Below are positions 1 through 16,159 of a stretch of 64,000 nucleotides of DNA, one piece after another. A program made the position numbers and the translations under genes. Origin of the DNA: Trichoplax adhaerens. Lineage: Eukaryota; Animalia; Placozoa. Every line of letters begins with the position of its first letter. Positions within the stretch are counted from its first letter, which is position 1. The stretch spans positions 1-64,000 of the forward strand of contig NW_002060969.1 of the NCBI RefSeq assembly GCF_000150275.1. Direction: 5' to 3'. Under the pieces are notes generated by a model, which searched no databases, was not told the origin of the DNA, and saw only the letters and a list, made by a program, of their open reading frames with translations.

Positions 1-892
1 CGGAACATCCTAACAACCAGTACCCAATGATTTTATCCGATGCCCCGAGATCTCGTGTCTTACCAATTTTGTTACAAAATCCCTATAAGAGCAAGCATTC
101 AAATACTGATCAGTTTCTTTTTGATTTTGGTTAGAAAAATTCTGTAAGAAAAAGCTGATACTGTACATCATAACTAGCACAAAATGTTGTATAGGTAGAA
201 CATTGGAATTGTACCTTCCTCAAAGTTAAACGAATTCGGAAGTAATCTGTACATAATTGAGAAGTGACTTTCGGAATACGAGATATTTGAAAAATCTATA
301 AAGTAACCCGTATACAATGGAAAAAAACCGCTGTTAATTATACAAAATCGTACTGTAGTGTGTTGCAAAACAAGAGAGCTTACGCATCCAATAGATGTTT
401 AATGATTAATTTTAATTTCATTTTATTTATTTTAAAATGCTGCACGAGTAAGCTCGTATTGCTGTACTCGTATCACGCTCGAGTAATCTTGCAAATATCG
501 CTCTTGGCAATGAAAGTCGGTTATTATAGTTAAAGATCATTGAAATAAATAAATAGTGAAACAGTCGTACGTGCACGCACTTGACCACGGAGAAATGCTG
601 CCCTGGAAAGCAACTTGGATGACATTGCGAGTTTACAATTATACTTTCTCTTCAACTTTAATTAATTATAATTATTGAAGGATTCTTTCTTTCTGCCCGA
701 GGTCCTTGCAGAGTTCGAAGAGTTTGCAACTTACTGTATAATTGCAGTACAGACTGTACACACTTGTCACTTGTGTGAATTAGGCCACCCAGCCAGCAAA
801 CACCTGGTTAGCCTAATGTGCATTCATACAAATGCAATGATAATGCCTTAATTCCTGACAGGACTCAACCCGATAAAGGACACTGGCTAGCG
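1..892 (-). repeat. Inverted near-identical copy of 15563-16454 (COX15 upstream region and 5' exons)
   Basis: Position x matches the reverse complement of 16455-x from base 1 to the gap at 893. The ORF track shows identical 64-aa ORFs at 174..368(-) and 16087..16281(+). One substitution was noticed (167 vs 16288). Confidence 0.95.
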
Positions 893-942
893 NNNNNNNN
901 NNNNNNNNNNNNNNNNNNNNNNNNNNNNNNNNNNNNNNNNNN
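893..942. other. Assembly gap (50 N)
   Basis: Run of 50 N in the sequence. Confidence 0.99.
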
Positions 943-1307
943 ATCTTGAATAAACTTTCCGCAGAACAAAATTTAAATGATCTAATAAAGTGAGACACTT
1001 ACCGTAAAACTCCAGTCATGAACAGAGCAGATGAACTACAGTATATAATAACACTATTTCGAACTTTCTAAGCGATGCCAGACTTTAATTTCAGAATTAC
1101 TACTTTACTACGGTGTAAAAGTATAAAACAGTGTAACCTTTAGCTAGTAACCCTAACCGAACCCTATTGCACGTTTATGTTTAAAAACAATCGAGTATTA
1201 CCATATAAATGAGCTCGGTATGTACAAATTTTGCGGTAGCACAGTACAGTAACGTGACAACGTAAATGAGAATATGAGATGTACCGTACATACAGTACCA
1301 TACTTAC

Positions 1308-1388
1308 ATTTCTTTTACCAGCTATGGTGCTGGAATTAAAATAACGCTGCCAACCTTGAAATTGTTGTGGAGGGCCTGCTTCCGACAT
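1308..1388 (-). CDS. ATP5MK: ATP synthase membrane subunit k / DAPIT (USMG5), first coding exon; rest of gene not resolved
   Basis: MSEAGPPQQFQGWQRYFNSSTIAGKRN followed by a GTAAGT donor (1307-1302). It matches the DAPIT motif QFTGIKKYFNSYTLTGRMN. No convincing second exon before the gap. Confidence 0.75.
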
Positions 1389-1554
1389 AGCACGATATAA
1401 TAATGATGTCCCAACTCTAAAAAAAATCTTCTAACGTTTGTAAAGTTCTGCACTGCCGTTTGCTGTTAGTGCAGTATAGTTTCGAACCTGTACAGTACCG
1501 TAATTTCAGTTGACCTTAAATAGAAGTGCGATTGAGGTTGAGGAATCTGGTTTG

Positions 1555-2255
1555 CTGTACAGTACAGTACTGTACTGTATTAGTTAATTAAACAACACTA
1601 GATGCACTGTACAGTACAGTACAGTACTCTAGTGTACGGTGCCTAATACTGTACACCGTATCATCATCACACGTGCGATGACTCAACTTCACTAACTCAA
1701 GCAGTCTTTGCTACGGTACAGTAGTAACACGGTACTAACACCAACCCGCCTAAGTTAGTTAGCATCCGCACTTATGTACTGTAGTACAGTACAGTAAGCT
1801 TTACCGCCATGGACTACTAGAGTCTTCTTCTAGCAGCCTATGGTACAGTACAGTAGTAAGTATACTATGTTTCTTTCCATGATAAACCTGGAGGTTCAAC
1901 ATTTTATTTTTTTTTATTAACACTAGTACAAACTCCCGTCGCTTTGCTGACGGTTTACGATAATGTTACTCTAGGCTTCCCCTGAAACCAACCAAAGTGA
2001 CTCTTAAGATCATTGTAAGCCTCACCTACATCAGTTTAAGTTCTAAACGAAGCAATTTAAAAGTCATACGTACAGTAAACAGGGCCTACTCATGAAAAAA
2101 TTTATACTTCTCTCCCAAAATCCCCCTGCCAGCCAATATTGAAAGATATTGAACGCATATGATATGAAATGATACATACTGTACAGTACTGTACACTGTA
2201 CAGTGTACAGTACAGTATGTTACGTACTATACAATGTACGAATGTACAGTACGTC
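1555..2255. repeat. (CAGTA)n/(TACTG)n pentanucleotide clusters in the ATP5MK/WDR6 divergent intergenic region
   Basis: Runs such as gtacagtacagtactgtactgta at 1557-1580, 1608-1628 and 2177-2217. Confidence 0.85.
1923..1971 (-). mobile_element. Helitron-like 3' terminus (copy 1)
   Basis: On the minus strand: hairpin CCGTC-AGCAAAGC-GACGG, then GAGTTTGTA, then CTAG followed by T. A near-identical copy lies at 28956-29003. Confidence 0.6.
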
Positions 2256-2507
2256 ACGTGAAAACGGATGGCCGGACACCCATCTGAAAATGATGGTATA
2301 TTACTTTATTAAACAACTGTATATATGTCGCGGTCTGTCAATACTACAATAATAAAATTACTTAATAATACTAAATACTGCAATAAAAAGTAATAAAAAC
2401 ATAAAGAGCCAATTGCTATATACTGCACAGTAGTATACGACACACTGCTGCAGCATCTAGTAAAAACTTTTGGTGTACTACTGAATACTAGACACTAATG
2501 CAAGAGT

Positions 2508-5500
2508 ATGGCCAAAGAAGTGATTGCCAAGCAGTTAGCAATATCATCTCCAATAACCGCCATTCATTTCTTGCAATCATCTCATTTACTGGCCGGTACA
2601 TTATTATATATACAGTATATGCAAAATGATAACATGCACTATGTTTCATACGTACACTCTGTAACATACTCATGGATAATTTGTTATGTAAAGTAAAAAC
2701 TTCTAATATTTTAACTGCAAATAGGAGATACAGTTCGTACTTATCCTATGTGCTGTGTGCTTGCATCATTTATAATAACACAAGCACATTTTAAGTGGAT
2801 ATGTGTGTTTTACATGCAGTTGTCGCATCAAGCTTTAAATTTAGGTATACACGTACGTATATGCAAGATATTTTAATCTTAATCGTTATAAATTTGCGCA
2901 ATTTAATTTAGGTGAAGGAGAATACTTACATCTTTTCGATGTTTTAACTGGTTGTAAGCAGAACACATCAAAAGTATTGCATGGTTGTAATATCCATGGA
3001 ATACGATCAGGTTAACCATACGCGTATACATGATAGCATAGAATCGGTGTAATTAGCAAACACTAAAAAGTAAAATAATAAATGGCTAAGAATCGATACT
3101 GTGCTGTTGTGGATTTGTCGCTTACATTACTATAACTCTATGATTTCCTGCTGGCATAAATCGATCCATTACGTCTTGTCAGAGTACTATTTTAAAATAT
3201 TTTCATTAATGTAATACCGTTTACTGCAATGAAGACGTACAAAGTATGAAAATGCGATCTTTGAGTTAATTACATCTTTTCACGTTAAAATAATTAAAGT
3301 AATCCGATGTTGACATACAGTTTCGGATAAGTACAGTACAATAGGTACGGTACGTCCGTAGAGCTCACTATTAGGCAATACTGCAGCTCGGCAGATTAGT
3401 TTAAAAAGATGTAATATTGTAGTTGTCGGCGAACTCCAATGATGATTGCTTGGGCATGGGTAAGAAATGTTTTGACGACTATTTTGTATATTTAAAATCA
3501 GCTTTTTCTAATAACGATTATGTCGTGGCAATATTTGGTGAAAAATGCCTCCGAATCATCAACGTTATTGGAAGTAGTGATCGTTATTTGTTTGAGTAAG
3601 TTCAAGTATCTATCCTGTGTGGCTACTAAACTATACCGCTTATTTATCTTATCCTGTATATTGAAATATGTGTAAAATGTGTGAATACCGAATTACCCTT
3701 AGCATGTAGATATCGCCCTTCATCTTATACGGCGTAAAATGTAAATGTATGTCAGTAGACGAGTGCATGTGATTATACTTTTCCATTATTATTATTTTGA
3801 CACTTAATATTCAAGCGGCTATCAACTTCCAGTAAATAAGGACGTTGCCAATTGCATGATTACACCAATCACTAGTAATTCCTCACTACTCTGAAAAGCG
3901 TTTACGCTGTTTTTTTTGCATTTTTACTTTCTAGCCATCTAAAGGTCTTTAGTCAGTCAATAATGTTTCGGTATGTACTATACCTTTACCGTATTAACAT
4001 CGCAACGATAATTCCATCATGATTAAGCGTTTCCTTCGCCCAAATTTGTATCCTCAATTGTAATTTACCCTAATTCCGTAGTTAGAAACGATCATGACTG
4101 TAACTTATTTGTATGACCCAGAATGGACACTTTGACCTCGGTATTCAATGTGAAATCTTGGATATGGGATGCTGCATGGATTTATGATAACAATAAAGAC
4201 ATCAGAACGAAGGTATGACAACAAGAATAATAATTATCTGCTCCTATGCAATGCAATTTTGCTAGTAATCATAATTCCAAATTGTAAATCGTGATTGAAA
4301 ATTATCGCTGAATTAAATTTGAGATAACTTCATGTGCTACCTTATACGCTACTTTCAGGAGCCTATCCTCCTAGCTCTTGTGACTGGGTTAAATGCCGTT
4401 GTTATAGTAGAATGGAAAACCCTAAATGTACGTTACGTCGTGCAATGCAACCAGCAGTGTATGTTGTATCAGACTTTGGTGATTTATTACTTTATGAAAT
4501 AGTACAAAGTTTCCACCACAGTTATTACTAAATTATCTTCCTTAATCGATCATGTAAATAAAGATATTCTGCCAGCTTCGTCAAACATAACTGTACTTTG
4601 CTCGAGCTAGCGCTGGGAAGTGGTACAGTTTATAATCAGATTTTATTATGGCGAGCCTTTTCTTCCAAGGAATCATTACAAGAAAAGAAACAAGTAGCAG
4701 AAGTTTCCATAAAGCTGATAGGACATGAGGTAATATTCTACTGCAGCTGTAATAAACCTTTAATCAATTACTTAATATATCCATATAAGAGTATGAATTA
4801 TGTCACCATTTTAAGCACACTATATGAGCAGTGTAATTTCCAAATTAATTCACTTGTAGGGTGCTATTTTCTCAATTACTTTCGCTAATGAAAATTATCT
4901 CTGCTCTGCGTCCGATGATCGAAGTATACGATTGTGGCAAGTAAATGAAGATTGGATTTCAGATCCCAGAAAAGAAAGAAAGCCAGTAATATTATCTCCG
5001 TTAAAGACCTTCTATGGTCATAAGGCACGAGTTTGGGATGCGTACCTACTGTCTGATTATGTCATAAGTATTGGAGAGGTATTCAGAAATTTCTGATCCG
5101 TATAGATCACGACGAATTTTAAATTTGTCTCCTCTTGTTTTCATACAATTTGAATCTTCATGTCAGGATGCCTCTTGTATACTTTGGGACCTGGAAGGCA
5201 ACATGATCTATTCGTTTAATGGACATATAGTACGTTTATTTGAGTATTACAATCTTTGATTTAGATATATAAACGTAGAGTCTTACAAAATATTATTTAC
5301 GTCCTTATCAATTCAGGGAAAAAATATTTGGAGTATGGCAATTTCTCCTGATGGATCTCTTGCGGTAGATACAATTGATCTTTTAAGAATCGATGAGATT
5401 TCTGATGCTCTTATTTTTTATCTAATGGCATGACAGGCTACTGGTGGTGGAGATGCATCAATACGTCTCTGGCCTATTCTTAATTTTCATCCGCTTGGTA

Positions 5501-8500
5501 AATCTTCATTTTGGTTTCGTAATCAAAAATTTTAAGCCACAAGCTTTACTTGTCAACAAATTTACACTAGTGTTCCAATTCTCTTTTCAAAGTTGTCAAT
5601 CAAACAATTACTTTGCCCGTTAATCTCGACGAAAGTGTTAAAACTGAATCTAAGGTAAAACTAATCGTATGTAAGTGTAGTTATTTAATCATATAGTACG
5701 GTATACATTGACAGCTTATCAAAGAATTGTTGAAAGGATTTTCCAAGATCGCTTGCTTTGTGGAATGCAACTTCAATACTGCTAATGACAGATAAGGGGT
5801 GAATATATAATCTTAAAATTTGACTTACTACATCATCACAATATTTGACACATTTGATCTTATTAGAGTTTTCGTATACATATCTGTCTGTTAGTTACTT
5901 GTATCAGTATTCTTGGGAGGTACAGCAACAAAATCCTGTAAGGAACGTCTGGAAATTATTATTTAAAAATATAAATTATGCATCGTATAGCATAATTTCC
6001 GTAAATAGACCACACAGGTTGATTGCGATTGGTAACCTTAGCGGAAGCATTTACATATCTTCGATTGGTATGATTAACGCATTAATCAGTTATTAAATTT
6101 GTAATAATTATAACTAGATACTGTTACTTTGTACGTCTGGTGACGGTAACGTCTTTAGGTTCTAACAGCAAAGCAGTCGAATTAGAAAATTACTTTTCCG
6201 GTAAAGTTTTAAGTCTGGTTTGGGCAATCGGTTACACTGACCACGAATCTGTTAACTTAATTGCTACAGGTCCAGAAGGAGTTATGGTATTATAAGTTTC
6301 ATGCATTAGTTTTCTTAATTAATAAAAGTATTGAGACCGAGCATAATAACATGGTTATACGTATAATTTTTTAGGTTTGGTTTACAATTGTTAGCACGAA
6401 AGATGGATTGAAGACTTACCTTATGAAGAGCATGAATTTGCCTAATTGTAAGCATCGCTGGGTAACCTGTGCACAAATCATCAGCATTTCTAGTGTTAAT
6501 GATTTAAGTCTTGGTAGTACGAGTAGCAACCGTACAAAGCGGAAGACATGTTTTATCATCTGTGGGGACAGACATGGAACTGTTCATGTATACGATGGAA
6601 ATGATACTGATACTAGCGAAGTTCATCATAACATTAAGGAGGTATGATGTCATAAGATTCTGTCTTTGCTAATGGTCATAGTATGTTGTTAGTTTAATAA
6701 TTATACATGCATCACTGATACTTTGCTAAATAGTGGACGAGTGATTTTATTTCATAATACCTACAATTATCAACTTGAATTCCTGATGATATCAGTTATC
6801 AAGAATTTAACTTGTTTTATAACCACTGTGGTTATTGCTGCTTTCTTTTCACTATAGGGTATTCTTCCGATTAATTCATTCCGAAATTTGCATGGAGACA
6901 ACGGTGTTACGTCGATATGTAGTTCTAGAAATCATGTTTTTACTTGTGGTAGAAACGGAATGTATTGCAAGTTTCTAAAAACAGAACGTGGTATTGAGCT
7001 AATTGAAAAACTTAAGGTAAATGACTACCGCTTGTATTGCTGTATTTTAATGATACACTTTTGGCTAGCTTTTTAGAAACTTAGCTAGATTTTTGAAAGT
7101 TTTATTCGTTATGTAACTAGGTTCCGTTTAAAGGGTTGACTTGGATAGAACGTTTAATTACAATCAGTAATGGCAACTTAATAATAATCGCGTTTCGTTC
7201 GAGCAATCTTGTTATTTGGCATGTGGAAAGAAATGAAGTTATTTTTCAAATGGAATGTGGAGGAGGGCATCGTGGCTGGGATATTTGCCTAATCGAAGAA
7301 GTCCGCTTTAATTGATAAATATTTTAATATTCGATATTTGCCTTTAAAAGTCTTAACATAGTACGTACTCAAAATATTGATTTTCCGTTTTATCGGTTCT
7401 GAAAGGATGGGGGTGTAAGAGGTACCTTCGCTTATATTAAAGCAACAAAAGCCTGTATTTGCAACTTCACTTTGACAAAACCTACTTGTAAAGTAATTTT
7501 AAAGGTACTATGCTAATACGGTAGTAAAATCCTTGAGTTTACTGAAGATATTCAAGAAAATTATACGAAATTATCCCGCCTATTTGTAATTAGGAATCAC
7601 TTCATGGCAGAGAAATTACGGATATTTATCTTTTGGATTGGCGGCGAAAACCTCTTGGAGCTAGTAAGAGATCTGTACAGTATTGTATTTAATTCTTTTA
7701 TGTAGAATAAGAATCACATTTTTATATTCATCGTATTTTTAAGTTTGCATTCGTAATAATCTATGTCACTAAAAAATCATGAACTCATGTTTGTGGAATA
7801 AAGCAACATCGCAACATTCAGGGATAACGGTCACTAGTAGCGAAGATACAAATATGACTATTACAGCGCGTATCCAGTGAAGTTACTAAATACCGAAGTA
7901 TTTACAACAGTTTACTGTTTAGCGTTCTTCAGTAGACAGTTTACTTTTAGAGTGTTCAAAATTAAATTATTAGATAATTCTGAAAGAGTTATATGCTATC
8001 GGATATGCCTTAACATCAATAAAGTTACTGGAAATGAGGGATTTCTAAGAAGATTGAAAGTATGCCGAGACCATATTTCGAGTATTCGAGCAATCGTGGG
8101 CTCACGCCTGCAAAGTAATCTTGATGGTTCTGAGCGAGGCCGGATTATCATTTTATTTACTGCTGGTGGACGAATGCTTCTAAAGGCCTGGAAGGTAACT
8201 CTGCCAGCTTGTGGCGATGGTGACGTTGCACTGAGTCAGAATTATAACGACTCCGATGTTACTCTTATTTCTGAATTATCACAAAATGAAATAAATTTCC
8301 GTAAAAAAGTTAAAACACAGCAAGATTCATCATTGGAAAGCCGTATCATGGCTCTTGCATCTTTTTGTATTGATCAAACCATTTATAGCAAGTTTACTGA
8401 CGAAAGCATATACTTCGTTGCTGCCGCTTGCTCTGACGGATTAATTAGGTACCGCTGCATATTTTAAAGATAACAATAATTGTTGATATTTACGTTCTTA

Positions 8501-9816
8501 ACTTTTTTTATCGATGTACTGCATTTCAGACTATACGGGTTTTATGCAATCAAGAAAAAATTTAAGTTTATTGGGCAATTGAGTTATCATCAGCATTGCA
8601 TTCTTAGTATTGATTACTTCATCTATAGCTCAGATGCAAACCGTTATTCTATCCCCTTTTTACTTAGTGGTGCGACTGATGGCAAAATTGCTATTTGGCA
8701 AGTCGACACTGCATTATTGGACCAGTTTTCCTTATCACAAGAAGAAGTCTTGCTTGATCCTAAATGTAGTTAGGAAATTTGACGCTATTACTTGCTAAAA
8801 TTATATAATAATCGTAAAGTCTTCTGAGATGAAACGGGTCTATGTTATTAAGATTATTTTATGATGTGTGCGTGTATTTCTCAGTGAACTAATACTGAAT
8901 TTCTGTAGATAAACCTGACGTCCTGAAAGCCCATGCCTGTGGTGTTAATAAAATCAATGCGATGCGAGATCCTGGTAAGAAATTACACTTGTGTTGATTA
9001 ATTATCATGTGATTATAAAAATTTTTGTCAGAGTGCAATTGGAGTTATTTTACAAGAAGTCTGGAATGAAAACGATCTTAAGTCATGTCCATCAATTTTG
9101 TTCTAATATGACAATACAAGTAATAACGAATAGGTATCAGATAACTAGCGCAGGAGACGACACAAAAATCTTTCTGTGCTGCATTATCATAAATGAGAGC
9201 GGTAATGGTTGCGTTACTGTCTTGAATTCTCAAATTATCGACTCTGCACATACTGCTTCAATAACCGGTTCGTCAAGTGATGTAAATTTAACCGTAATTA
9301 AATACTTTAAATTATTAAATGTCTAAAACTCCTTTTATTACAACGTAGGTATCCAGTTCTTGAGCCCTACATATATAGTTTCTGTATCAATTGATCAACG
9401 TTTAAAAATTTGGTATATCCCAACTGATGCCAAAGTAAAGAACTCTTCCTAGTTGTACTCATATTTAGAATATTTATTAGTAATTGTAATTAATCACTTA
9501 TAACATATTGTAGTTTTGTTCAGTAAAGCGGATATTCTCCAGTTTTGTTAATGTTGCCGACGCTTCAAATCTACATGCTTGTCCAATCGGGTAAGAAACA
9601 TTTAGCTTTTTTAGGTTATTAAAGCAAAAAAATTGAAAATTTCGCACGAATAGTCAATGCGAAACGATATTTCTGGTTATAAATTTCTTTTAGAGCAAAT
9701 GCTTATTGAGAAATTGTTTCACTTAATTTTGTGACAGATGCAATGAATGGATAATAGGTATTTGCGGCACTGGTATAGAAATTTTTCACGTTACTATAAA
9801 GCCTGATGAACAGTGA
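2508..9816 (+). CDS. WDR6: WD repeat-containing protein 6 (Trm734 homolog, partner of the tRNA 2'-O-methyltransferase FTSJ1), multi-exon
   Basis: Spliced exons give CMLYSA, GSGTVYNQILLW, GHEGAIFSI..SASDDRSIRLW, YGHKARVWD, GEDASCILW, GKNIWS..ATGGGDASIRLW, GGGHRGW, LHGREI, HISSIRAI, AACSDG, ending GICGTGIEIF..PDEQ* at 9814-9816. Confidence 0.9.
4466..4563 (+). other. U12-type-like intron in WDR6 (phase 2)
   Basis: Donor GTATCAGA, branch TTCCTTAAT at 4538-4546, acceptor AAG|AT. Splicing restores C-M-L-Y-S-A in frame. Confidence 0.65.
7870..8024 (+). other. U12-type-like intron in WDR6 (phase 1)
   Basis: Donor GTATCCAG, branch GCCTTAAC at 8007-8014, acceptor AAG 10 nt later with no polypyrimidine tract. 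Splicing joins SSEDTNMTITA-L-TGNEG in frame. Confidence 0.75.
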
Positions 9817-10353
9817 AAAATTCTTGATTCCATGTTTTAATCCGAAGTTTATTCATAAACTCATCGGCGTTAAAATACATCAATAAACGGTCGATCAATT
9901 AGCGGAATAATTGATATTCCATCTCCCTTATTATTTTATACAGATATGCACATCACTATTAGCCGTATAGCTAGGGATTAAGATAGCGCAATCTATATAA
10001 CACGTCCTATATTCATCAAGAAAAAACCTCAATCAAACAAAGGAACGATGAATTGGAAGTATTTCGGATTAAATTTCTATTATATAACTAATCATTCAAC
10101 TTATATATATACGTAGCCTTTATTACCGACGACAGTTAAACGCAACTCGATACTAGATCGCTACCTCACATAGCAGATGTAATTATACAGCATTACCCAT
10201 ATTACGGTATCCATTGCGAAAATCCTGCATATTAATCAATTGCTAATACTACAGTATGTTGTGAATACGCGTATCAAGAATTTCGATCGATATTAATATG
10301 ACTATACCATACTATATAAATTAGGTCTTAGGATCTTTACGTTAAAATAAATT

Positions 10354-14635
<4,282 letters not shown>

Positions 14636-15000
14636 ACCTCCTAGCACCGTCCGTAACATTTCGTGATTGCCCATTAGATCTTAAAAGTTATTGTCAATAT
14701 TTTAACAATTGGAAAAGTTTAGCCTGATTTTTTTCATCACGTGCAAAGAACTTTTTCTTTCATATTTAATCCATTGCAAAGATTATATCGTATGTCATGC
14801 ATAGTATCTAACGCTAAGGTAATAAAAGAAGCTTTGTCTCATACCCAACGTCCAATCTTTTTTTTTTGGAATCAACCCGAGAAGACGGTTCCACATCAAT
14901 TCGCCGTTTTTGATTTTCAGACATGGCTATTCCACTTATAGCTCAGGGAGCAATCACTATCGGTATCTGATGGGTATAATTTACGTTATAGTTACGGTTC

Positions 15001-15550
15001 ACTGTACTGTACAGTACAGTACAATACCGTCTTACTTTACTGTACTGTACACTGTACAGTACGTACTGTACTGTATGTAAAAAAAGGTGTCCAATGTTAT
15101 TTGTTCACAATACTGTGCACTACAGTACTGTACTGTACATTACTGTGAGCAGAAGGCTTTTCGCTGCAGCTTACAGTACGGTACAGTACAGTATATAACA
15201 TTAAACATTATTATCAACAACGCTGAGTACTGTACTGTACAGTACAGTATTTCCACATTGCCTGTACTGTACAGTACAGTACTGGCTGCACTCGATACAG
15301 TAGTCTGTACTGTAATTATACTGTACAGTACAGTACTGTACTGTACTGTACAAACTGGAAAGAGAAGAGTGACAACGCTTTGTACAGTACTACAGTATGA
15401 GTACAGTACTCCTGTTCATGGTTGTACAGTATACAGTGCAGTACATGTACTGTACAGGTAAATTATTCGGTTTAGCGCTGCTCGCCATTTAGCAATACTG
15501 TACAGTACTGTATTCTCCGCATTGTCGATCTGCATGGACTCTTCCGTACT
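15001..15550. repeat. Dense (CAGTA)n/(TACTG)n array between the divergent DHX15 and COX15 genes
   Basis: Many alternating-orientation runs, e.g. ctgtacagtacagtactgtactgtactgtac at 15321-15351. Confidence 0.9.
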
Positions 15551-16159
15551 GTCGTGAAACTCCGCTAGCCAGTGTCCTTTATCGGGTTGAGTCCTGTCAG
15601 GAATTAAGGCATTATCATTGCATTTGTATGAATGCACATTAGGCTAACCAGGTGTTTGCTGGCTGGGTGGCCTAATTCACACAAGTGACAAGTGTGTACA
15701 GTCTGTACTGCAATTATACAGTAAGTTGCAAACTCTTCGAACTCTGCAAGGACCTCGGGCAGAAAGAAAGAATCCTTCAATAATTATAATTAATTAAAGT
15801 TGAAGAGAAAGTATAATTGTAAACTCGCAATGTCATCCAAGTTGCTTTCCAGGGCAGCATTTCTCCGTGGTCAAGTGCGTGCACGTACGACTGTTTCACT
15901 ATTTATTTATTTCAATGATCTTTAACTATAATAACCGACTTTCATTGCCAAGAGCGATATTTGCAAGATTACTCGAGCGTGATACGAGTACAGCAATACG
16001 AGCTTACTCGTGCAGCATTTTAAAATAAATAAAATGAAATTAAAATTAATCATTAAACATCTATTGGATGCGTAAGCTCTCTTGTTTTGCAACACACTAC
16101 AGTACGATTTTGTATAATTAACAGCGGTTTTTTTCCATTGTATACGGGTTACTTTATAG

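Noticed and set aside
1149-1166. Telomere-like CCCTAA units (also TTAGGG near 53049)
   Set aside because: Only one or two imperfect units, within chance expectation.
15087-15461. 124-aa ORF and similar Y/C/T/V-rich ORFs (22418, 29040, 51824, 13869)
   Set aside because: These are translations of (CAGTA)n/(TACTG)n arrays, which lack stop codons. No splice context or protein motif supports them.
15563-16020. Relatively GC-rich stretch with several small hairpins upstream of COX15
   Set aside because: No snRNA, snoRNA, tRNA or SRP motifs recognised; it cannot be distinguished from promoter or old repeat sequence by eye.
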